A stretch of 64,000 bases of DNA from contig JADEYG010000009.1 in assembly GCA_016906335.1 (NCBI GenBank), positions 620,001 to 684,000 of the forward strand, in the 5' to 3' direction. The stretch comes from Novakomyces olei (lineage: Eukaryota). The notes beneath the pieces are model-generated. The model saw only the letters and a list, made by a program, of their open reading frames with translations, was not told the DNA's origin and searched no databases. Positions 38,287-47,312 of the stretch are shown piece by piece. Numbering within the stretch: the stretch's first letter is position 1; every line of letters starts with the position of its first letter. A program made the position numbers and the translations under genes.

Positions 38287-38363
38287 AAAAAATACACGAA
38301 AATCTACAAAAATATACAAAAACACACAAAAATACACAAAAATATACAAAAATATACAAAAAT
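38287..38363. repeat. 10-bp A-rich minisatellite (AAATATACAA-type), about 7 copies
   Basis: Read directly from the sequence. Confidence 0.8.
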
Positions 38364-38732
38364 CAGTGGGTACAGTGGCCTGAGCCCTATAGCCTTCCCC
38401 ATGGCGCTGTGCCGAGTATTGCATTATGCGACGCGCAAACTGCCGCCTGGGCTGTTGCAAGTTAGCAGCAACTCGTGCAGCTGGCTGTGTGTACATATGA
38501 TAAGCTGCATGGGATACAGTGCTTGGAGGTGGACGAAATAGGAAGGTAAGAGATGGACAAAGGAGTTTGGCAGAACAGGGCCGCAGGCAGGGAACCAATT
38601 TAATTAATTAAATCTGGCCGAACGGACAAACCCGGACGTGATTCGAAGGCGCGCAAGGAATAGAGCGGGAAATACTAAGGCAGCGACTTTGTTCGGCAAG
38701 GAATCACGAGCGATCTTGGATAAAAAAGTAAT

Positions 38733-38787
38733 GAAAATCATAGAAAAAAATCATAGAAGAAAATCATAGAAGAAAATCATAGAAAAT
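38733..38787. repeat. 13-bp repeat (AAAATCATAGAAG), 4 copies
   Basis: Read directly from the sequence. Confidence 0.8.
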
Positions 38788-39450
38788 ATACATCAGAACG
38801 AATAAGCACTACCAAGGGCGCAGTACAGTCAGCGTAAAAGAGCAAAGCACGATTACGAGGCAAGATAGGCGAAGCCGTTAGCGCTAGAGTGCGCTTGGAC
38901 CGGTGCAGCGATGGTATCTGGAACAAGTGTGGCAGTAGGGCAAAATTGGGAAGCGGGTTGCAGGGTTACGAAGGGTGAGACAAGGACTACCCTTTTTGGT
39001 TGGCATTAGCAAAGCTTTTGAGTAAGATAATCGTGATAAAGGTAGTCATACAAGGCAGCCGTATATAGCCAAGGGGGCTGCATTGATACTGCATAATTTC
39101 TGTACGAGCACCTGCTCTCTAGTTCTCCTTCGCCTTCTTTCTCCTTGTATTCTCTTTATCCTTGGCTCGTTGACTCCCTTCGTGCTCCCTTTCCCGTTTC
39201 ATTTCGCCTGCTTGCCACTGCACGAAATAATGGTTACAGGCAATTGCATTAGCATGTACCCACCCACCCAGCCTTTGCTCTTTGTCTTGCCTTGTGTAGT
39301 CGTAAACATGCATGCGCGTATATATATACACGCATGCTGGTCTCTTTCTCCAGACTCGAGCATTGGGTTCACGTGTCGCATTGCACCATTGCTCTTTGCA
39401 TCGCCATTGACGCATCGTGGAGACGTGCCTCAAACTTTTTGCGATTGAAT

Positions 39451-39850
39451 AACTTTTTGATTTAACTTTTTGATTTAACTTTTTGATTCAACTTTTTGAG
39501 TTGATTCGACTTTTTGAGTTGATTCGACTCTTTGAATTGATTCAACTCTTTGAATTGATTAACTTTTTGAATTGATTCAACCTTTTTCATTGATTCAACC
39601 TTTTTCATTGATTCGACTTTTTGAGTTGATTCGACTCTTTGAATTGATTCAACTCTTTGAATTGATTCAACTCTTTGAATTGATTAAGTTTTTGAATTGA
39701 TTCAACCTTTTTCATTGATTCGACTCTTTGAATTGATTCGACTCTTTGAATTGATTCGACTCTTTGAATTGATTCAACTCTTTGAATTGATTCAACTCTT
39801 TGAATTGATTCAACTCTTTGAATTGACTAAATATTTTCGAATTGACTCAA
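39451..39850. repeat. About 18-bp minisatellite (AATTGATTCAACTCTTTG), about 21 copies, just upstream of the GATA factor ATG
   Basis: Read directly from the sequence; variant units recur in higher-order blocks. Confidence 0.95.
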
Positions 39851-39872
39851 CCTTTGCAATTGCCTTCTCAGC

Positions 39873-40982
39873 ATGAGCGGTTTCGCCAACTGCTCGACTC
39901 GGATGGCCATTGCTCAGCACAATGCGTCTCCACTAGACTTTGCCTCTCTCAGTGAACAGCCAGTGACTCCGCCGCTGTCCTGCGCGAGCGACGAAAGCCC
40001 GCCACGGACGCCCAAGCTCCGTTCAGTGGCAATGGAGCGCAGTTCGAGCACCGAGTCTCGGCCGTTTGTGTACGACGGCACAGCGGGCGAGTCGGACACG
40101 GAGACCCAGTGCAGCCTCGACTACTCGCCGATAAAAACGGTCTTCAAGTCTTGTAGGCAAACCCCACAGGCCTGCACTCCTTTTGGCCCAGAGTACTCTG
40201 CTCTTGGAGACAGGGACATGGACATAGACAGAGACAGAGACAGAGACTATCTGTCCCCAGTGTCACCTGCCACACCAGCAGTTTCGGCCACAGGAGCAGC
40301 AGTCTCCCTCTGCCAAGGCCGCCAAGTTGTGTGTGAGAGGACGCCTCCGCCTACAGAGCCACTGCCGCAGGGGCTGCGGCAGTGGCTATTGTCTAAACGA
40401 GCTCCGGCCATGTTTAGTGCCGGAGGAGGAGCGTGTGACATTGAAAACTCTGTCGTTTTCACACTGGCGTCTCTGGCACAGGGCGTGAGAGCGCAGCAGA
40501 CATGCTCTTCTCCTCCACCAGCTCCACGTGACTATTTTATAAAGTACCCTTTGCTGCTCAAGACGGCTATCCGCCAGACGCGTAAAGCGAACGCGCCGAG
40601 TGACGCGTCACGCGTCACTCGTGATATCCTCGTCGGCAGCAGAAAGCTGCAAAGAGCAACGCGTGAGGCAGTCGCGTCTCCTCCTGCACGTGCTCCAGAG
40701 CGACGCGGCCTTCTCCCGGCTCGGTCATTGCACTCGGGCCGCCGCTGCCTTTCGTGCAAGACGACACGCTCACCTTGCTGGCGGCCAGCGTGGGCTGAGG
40801 CTCCTTTGCACGCTCAGCTGTGCAATTCTTGTGGGCTGAGGTGGCGCAAGACTCGCACTCGCTGTACTGCCACACTTTGCTCCTACGTGCCTCTAAGGAC
40901 ACGCTGCTACAACGCGTCTCTCCCGACTGGGGACGACGGTGCTTGTGCACTTTGCTGTGGGAGAGTACGCACTTTTTGCTGA
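39873..40982 (+). CDS. GATA-type zinc-finger transcription factor, Ash1-like
   Basis: C-terminal CLSC-x21-CNSCGLRW with SPCWRPAW..QL, followed by TRC...LC. The N-terminus is S/T-P rich and likely disordered. Confidence 0.85.
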   Translation: MSGFANCSTRMAIAQHNASPLDFASLSEQPVTPPLSCASDESPPRTPKLRSVAMERSSSTESRPFVYDGTAGESDTETQCSLDYSPIKTVFKSCRQTPQACTPFGPEYSALGDRDMDIDRDRDRDYLSPVSPATPAVSATGAAVSLCQGRQVVCERTPPPTEPLPQGLRQWLLSKRAPAMFSAGGGACDIENSVVFTLASLAQGVRAQQTCSSPPPAPRDYFIKYPLLLKTAIRQTRKANAPSDASRVTRDILVGSRKLQRATREAVASPPARAPERRGLLPARSLHSGRRCLSCKTTRSPCWRPAWAEAPLHAQLCNSCGLRWRKTRTRCTATLCSYVPLRTRCYNASLPTGDDGACALCCGRVRTFC

Positions 40983-41109
40983 GCCGAAGCACATTTGTTG
41001 AGCTGGTGCACTTTTGTTGAGCTGGCTGATGGGTTTGAGAGCATTGGAGATGAGTCAAGGTCGGGTCTCTTGTTTGCATCTATTGTGTCTATTCTGTGGG
41101 TATTGAGCG

Positions 41110-41258
41110 AGCGTTTAAGCTTTGGAGCGTTTGAGCTTTGAGCATTGAAGCGCTTGAGCTTTGGAGCGTTTGAGCTTTGAGCTTTGAAGCGCTTGAGCTT
41201 TGAAGCGTTTGAGCTTTGGAGAGTTTGAGCTTTGGAGAGTTTGAGCTTTGGAGCGTTT
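41110..41258. repeat. Degenerate (TTTGAGC/TTTGGAGCG)n array 3' of the GATA gene
   Basis: Read directly from the sequence. Confidence 0.85.
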
Positions 41259-41346
41259 GTAACTGTAGTGTACGTGCGCCGTTTCTTACTAGTTTATGCT
41301 TGCACTTGCCGGCCAAGTGTGCTAAACTACGTGTGGAGGGAAAGAC

Positions 41347-41430
41347 TGTAGGTCTATGAAAGAATGTAGGTCTATGAAAGAATGTAGGGCTATGAAAGAA
41401 TGTAGGTCTATGAAAGGATGTAGGGCTATG
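41347..41430. repeat. 18-bp minisatellite (TGTAGGTCTATGAAAGAA), about 5 copies
   Basis: Read directly from the sequence. Confidence 0.88.
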
Positions 41431-41898
41431 GATGCGTCTGATGATTGTGTTTTATTATACTCATGAATGAATGATTGGGTTGGAATGGCCACTGTGCTTG
41501 TCTTTTACGATTTGCTCTTGTGCTGTTGTTCCCTGTACAGATCTGTGCGTTCTCTCGGCAATTGGTCGATGGTTCGGCACAAAGCATTAAAGCTGCTTAT
41601 ACAGTCGTTTGCTTTTATTTTATTTATTTTGTTTTCCATTGCCAGCATTTTGGAAGCATGCTTTACACCGGTGCCTGTTTTCCCTATTTCTCTGTTTGCC
41701 TATCCTTTGCATTTTGACGATAAAGCATAATGTGCATTAGAATTCAAGCTCAAGGTCAAGCGATGCTTGTACCCTTGCAAGTTCATAGCACGTAATTTAT
41801 ATTACAAATATATGTGCAGCGCCTGCCTTTTAGCATGAGTTTCCAGTTTTCGTGTAGAGCCCGGTTTTCCGACAGACTTTAGTCCAAAGCTCGGCAAA

Positions 41899-42180
41899 CT
41901 AATCCGAGGCGGAATCCTGGACCGGCTCTAATTCCTTGGGCCGGAAGAGCTGTATCGCAATGATGATGATGAATAGGAGACTAATGAAAACAGCGAATAG
42001 CAGGTACACCATAAACCGGCTTTTCTGCTCGAGCGATTGCAGCCGCTTCTGCCGCGAAAGTTCTTTGAGAGGATCAACTCGGCGCCGCGGATCGCGCGTG
42101 TCAATCATCGGCGTATCTGAATCCGAATCTGACGCGTCCAGCATTATGGCTGGTGATTCTGTCCGCCGTCGGATTGCCAT
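41899..42180 (-). CDS. Small single-pass membrane protein, 93 aa, function unknown
   Basis: ATG ORF with a charged N-terminus and one long hydrophobic helix (FMVYLLFAVFISLLFIIIIAIQLF); GC-rich against AT-rich flanks. Confidence 0.65.
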   Translation of the reverse strand: MAIRRRTESPAIMLDASDSDSDTPMIDTRDPRRRVDPLKELSRQKRLQSLEQKSRFMVYLLFAVFISLLFIIIIAIQLFRPKELEPVQDSASD

Positions 42181-42396
42181 TGGCTGACGACTTAAAAGTG
42201 GGAATGGCAGCGTTCGTTTTTTAATAATAAAATATTGTATAAAATATCATGTTTGATATTAATTATATTAAAGACAAAGCGAAATAATATCCTACTCGAA
42301 ATCTACACGTTTATCGGTATTTATCGCGGTACATTATTTAGTTTATTATCGCAATAACAAAGATACGAACTAAACACATTCTATACTATAATATAT

Positions 42397-42511
42397 TCCA
42401 TACTGTAATATATACCAACTGTAATAAATCCATAGTGTAATAAATCCATAGTGTAATAAATCCATAGTGTAATCAATCCATAGTGTAATCCATAGTGTAA
42501 TAAATCCATAC
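42397..42511. repeat. 16-bp minisatellite (TCCATAGTGTAATAAA), about 7 copies
   Basis: Read directly from the sequence. Confidence 0.85.
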
Positions 42512-42599
42512 TATATTACTGTATCAGATTCCACTAATTATCGGACCCTATCAGACGCCTTTTATTTTCATTACAGTCTCACAGATCTGCAATCGAACC

Positions 42600-44025
42600 A
42601 TGTCTCGCGTGGGCAGCCGCCTTTGGTCGGCGGCAGCGCGGCCTTTACGATCGGAAGGGAATTTTTCGCGGCTTTGCAAGGACGCTCGGCGGTACCAATC
42701 GTCACAGGCACGAGTGGCTAAACCTCGACACTTTATGACAATCGGCGATCTGTCGACGGAGGAGCTGCGGTACCTGGTAGAGCGCTCGCTCGCTATAAAG
42801 TACGCAGCGAAGCATAGCAGCAGTAGCCATGTAGCGGGTTCGGATCCAGGCAGTTCCGCTTCCTCGTCTGCCGCACAGAGCACTGGCGCTCCCGCTTCAA
42901 TCCAGCAGGTTCTTGACAAATGGCCACTGACTGGGAAAACACTGGCAATGCTGTTCACGAAACGGTCAACGCGCACACGAGTCAGTACAGAGGCGGCCGC
43001 CGCTCACCTTGGAGCAAACTCGATGTTTCTGGGCAAAGACGATATTCAATTGGGGGTAAGTTTTTTGTTTTGTATTGGCCTCTTTTTGTATATGGTGCGC
43101 ACGAGTACGAGTCAGGCTGTTGCTCTCTATCCATTACTGTTTTCTACTTTATATATATATACACAAGTCAGTAGTCTTGCCACCTAACTCTTTGCCGCGT
43201 GGCCGATTGTGATTGTTGCCGTGTTTGCGTCTCACAGTACTTGCTAACTTGGTTGCAGGTGAATGAAACTTTGTACGACACGGCACGCGTTATTGGCTCA
43301 ATGGTGGCGGGTATTGTGGCTCGTGTCGATGGACACCAGGACATCGTGGACTTGTCGGCACCTTCTGCAGTCCCTGTGATTAATGCACTTTCAGATTTAT
43401 ACCATCCACTGCAGGCACTGGCAGATATCGCCACGATTTCCGAGGTTTTCAACGGTAAACTGGCCGGCCTGCGTTTAGCTTGGATTGGGGACGCTAATAA
43501 CGTACTGCATGATCTTATGATTGCTTGCGCAAAACTGGGTATTAGCGTGCGTATAGCTACTCCACCAATGTATCCCGTCAATGAAAAGGTGCTTGAAGAT
43601 GCGCGTTCATGTGCTGCTAGCACAAATGCCGCCCCGACTTCTGTGGAAGTCATGCAAGATCCCCACAAGGCAGCCGCTGGTGCTCACATTATTGTGACGG
43701 ACACCTGGATTTCAATGGGCCACGAGTCGGAGAAGCGACAGCGTCTCAAGAATTTTGAAGGGTTCCAAGTAAACCGGAGTCTTATCGAGGCCGCAAAGCC
43801 CGATCCTAGTTGGATCTTTATGCATTGTAAGGGTTTTATTTTAGTTCAATTTTTTTCGTTCATGAATATGGTCTAATGTGAACAGGCCTGCCACGCAAGG
43901 CAGAGGAAGTATCTGACGAGATCTTTTACTCGGAGAAAAGCCATGTGTTTGACGAGGCTGAGAACCGGAAATGGACAATGATTGCGGCTATTGAAGCATT
44001 TGTCGCTAAAGGCGGCAGAATTTGA
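42600..44025 (+). CDS. ARG3: Ornithine carbamoyltransferase with mitochondrial presequence. Exons 42600-43055, 43259-43826, 43886-44025
   Basis: KRSTRTR carbamoyl-phosphate motif, [22 protein letters not shown] formed across intron 2, EAENRKW. Confidence 0.96.
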
Positions 44026-44117
44026 ATTTAGCCCTGTATACTAAACATCCTTATTGCATATTTCCAGCGCTGCCATCTACTATGTCTATGCGTAATACAT
44101 GTAATTATATCATTTAG

Positions 44118-44200
44118 TTTTGTATTTCATTTATTTTGTATTTCATTTATTTTGTATTTCATTTATTTTGTATTTCATTTATTTTGTATTTCATTTATAT
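44118..44200. repeat. 16-bp minisatellite (TTTTGTATTTCATTTA), 5 copies
   Basis: Read directly from the sequence. Confidence 0.88.
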
Positions 44201-44527
44201 TGTATTTAATTGTTTTGTATGATTTAAATGTATATTGTAAGAATACCATAACGTTACTTGGCACAAGTACAAGCCTCAACACAACATCGACTGGGGTCGT
44301 TATTGCCGTTTATCGCCGGTGTCGCTACGGCAATTTCGGTTTGGGTATAGGCGATACTCTTAATTGATCCATGAATCGTTCCATTTCCATCTCCACACTG
44401 TCAATTTCTCCTCCACACTTAAATTAAATCATATATTACTAACAAGTTCGGCAAATACAAACGAATAAATAGAGCAGAGTTTGCAGCGGCAATAGTAGCG
44501 TTCAGTCATCAATAAAATTCTGCAATA

Positions 44528-45601
44528 ATGGCAATTGGTGTGGGTATTCTTGGCGTCGGCATGAGCGCCTTTGTCTTTCATGTCCCCTTTATCCTTTCGC
44601 AGCCAGACAAATTTAAGCTCAATGCCTTCTTTGAACGTCCTCACGGGGAATCAAAGGCCCGTGCTAAATTGCCGACCGATGTTGCAAAGTCAGTGGCTGT
44701 CTACAGCACATTGGACGAGCTTTTAGGCGACAAATCTGTCGATTTGGTTGTTGTCTCTACTCCGCCCGCTCTGCACTTTGAGCAAACACGTGCAGCTTTG
44801 AATGCGGGTAAACACGTGATTGTGGAAAAGCCTTTTACTGCCACTACGGCAGAGGCAGATGAGCTTATGGCTCTTGCTGCCGCCAATAATCTCATTATTG
44901 CAGTCTACCAAAACAGAAGATTCGATTCGGATTTTGTTACGGTGGAAGCGCAAGTGAAGAATGGGAAACTCGGTGAACTCGTTGAATTCGAATCCCATTT
45001 TGATCGGCTCTCACTGGAGGCCCGTAACAATTGGAAGGAAGTAGTACAGCCTGGCAATGGAGCTATTTATGATTTGGGTACGCACTTGCTGCACCAAACA
45101 TTAGTGCTGTTTGGCCGGCCGGAAACCGTGTCCGCTACAATGTACAATCAGCGTGGTATCGCGAGCCCCGAGGTGGAGGATTACTTTCTTGTAATCTTGC
45201 GTTACCCCAACTCTCCTTTGCAGGTTATCGTATCTGCCGGTGCGGTTAACTGGGGCCCAACAACGAGGTTTGTGGTGAAGGGCAAGAAGGGAAAATTGGT
45301 CAAAGGCGGAATAGACGTGCAGGAAGATCAATTGAAGGAGGGAATCTGGCCTGGTCATAAGGGCTACGGTATTGAACCAGACCAATTTGCAGCCAATGTA
45401 TACTCTGCCAGTGGAGCCGAGACTTTGAAGTCTCTGCCGGGTGATTATACGGCTTTCTACAATGAAGTAGCCAATGCAGTCGCCAAGAAGGATGTCAAAC
45501 AGCTTTCCACTCCGCCTGAATTGGCTCGCGATGTTATTCGTCTCGTTGAACTGGCAAAAGAGTCCAGCAAGCAAGGCAGAGTTGTGAAATTCGAGGGATA
45601 A
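44528..45601 (+). CDS. Gfo/Idh/MocA family NAD(P)-dependent oxidoreductase
   Basis: GILGVGMSA, AGKHVIVEKPF, YQNRRFDSDF, YDLGTH; intronless. Confidence 0.92.
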   Translation: MAIGVGILGVGMSAFVFHVPFILSQPDKFKLNAFFERPHGESKARAKLPTDVAKSVAVYSTLDELLGDKSVDLVVVSTPPALHFEQTRAALNAGKHVIVEKPFTATTAEADELMALAAANNLIIAVYQNRRFDSDFVTVEAQVKNGKLGELVEFESHFDRLSLEARNNWKEVVQPGNGAIYDLGTHLLHQTLVLFGRPETVSATMYNQRGIASPEVEDYFLVILRYPNSPLQVIVSAGAVNWGPTTRFVVKGKKGKLVKGGIDVQEDQLKEGIWPGHKGYGIEPDQFAANVYSASGAETLKSLPGDYTAFYNEVANAVAKKDVKQLSTPPELARDVIRLVELAKESSKQGRVVKFEG

Positions 45602-47312
45602 GTAGATTTGTGCAATGTTACGCACTAATTGGTTGGCCTTTTCCTCTTCAAGTAATAGTTTTTTCTTTCCCTTTTTCTTTTTATACGTTGTCTCTGCTGT
45701 ATCCCTCGTAATTTACCACACTTCATTTTGCGATTGTCTACAGTCTCCTTGCTCAATTATTCCGTACGACAGTCAAGGGCGCGGGGCTTTAGCATGGGAG
45801 AATTTCAAAATCGGTTTTCTTATTGCGACCAGATTTGCGGCACGTTTGTCGCAGATTGATTTTGTATTGTGTTTCCGTGCAAACCTTAGCTATGGGATTG
45901 CAGTTGTGTTCGTGATAAAAATTGCGTGTCCTCCCGTCTTTGCGTGAAGAAAGTCTTTATTATATGTTATTTTTTCTTAGTTTGCTTTGTGCGCGCTATA
46001 TGCCTATTCGCTTGAGAGCTTGTGTTCCTTGTCTGAAAAGAGCTGGGAAAAAAGATCAAATACGTAAAGAAAATTGCACGGAAAAAAAATTTGGGTTTTG
46101 AACTCAAATTTTCTGATTGGGTAATATTTAGAAAAATAATTTTGATTGATGTATTTTATTAATGTGCGAAGAAATACGGTGCTGTTTTCAAATGCTCATT
46201 TTGAGATATATAGTGGGGAATACTGTAATTGTAATTGTGGCTTTACACTATAGCCTTTGGTAAGCACTGCTAGTTTATGGTATTTGTGATGAATAAGGAG
46301 GCCTCGAAATGTGTAATTATAAATTGCCTTGAACTTTTGCCCCTCTGCCTTACTGTTAATATTTGAATTTATTATTCAACCTCGCATTTAATTGTAAATA
46401 GCGAGCAGTTACTCAAACCCTAAAGACAAGAAGAACCATCCATTATTAACAATGCAGGATCAAGCCAGATGGCACGACAATTGTAATAGAAAAATTATAT
46501 AATTGCCTGCCATAAATATGCGTTAAAAAAATCTGCCACATCTACAATTAAGGCTTTCAAGTCTGTGTATTGAGTATACAGCACAATAAACTTGTGCCTC
46601 AGTATAAGTGCTCCTTAATTGCAGGCGTGTAACATTATATTAACCCTCTTCTATTTACTATGCATTCTGACAGAATCTTACAATGAAATAGCGTGTTACT
46701 TTTAATGCGTATTAATTAGTGTGTTGAACTGGGTAATAATAAAATCGACAAGAGCGCGTCCCGACTCGTTTTAGCGTAAGCCCTTCAAAATACGATCTGA
46801 AAGGTGCGGATCCGTAACTACCGAGCCTCTTTGCTGATCATAATGTTTTGCACTTTATAATTTGATATTCTGAATTTTCCTTGTCTTATCAGAACTGACT
46901 CCATGGGCGCCATTGTTTCTTGTGTACACTAATCTTTCTGTTCATTTTGCCTACTGCGGGTCTGATCGCGCTAGAGTTTGATCTCTTTTCTTTGTTGCAT
47001 TTTTTGGGGAAATTTTAAGATGCTTTTAGATCTGATTGCTAACTGTCTGCCTCAGCTTTGTAAGTCAAGGTGTATGGTTGCGCCATATTAGCCACATTCG
47101 TGCAAGTCGCGACTTGCAAGAACGCGGCTGTATCAACGATCCCTCCTGCCTGCCGTCTTGACTAGTGCTTGTCCCTTGTTTACAAAATTCCAGTTGCTTC
47201 TTTAGCTTACTTTTGTTGTTGCCATCTTTCTTTTCTCAATTGATCTGCCTGTTCGCCCTTGATCAACTTGTTTGCTTGGCAACTCTTGATCACTCTTTCG
47301 AATCTGACTGCA

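Noticed and set aside
46086-46112. 12-bp inverted repeat AAAATTTGGGTT/AACTCAAATTTT (MITE end?)
   Set aside because: Low complexity, 3-nt spacer, no target-site duplication and no second copy
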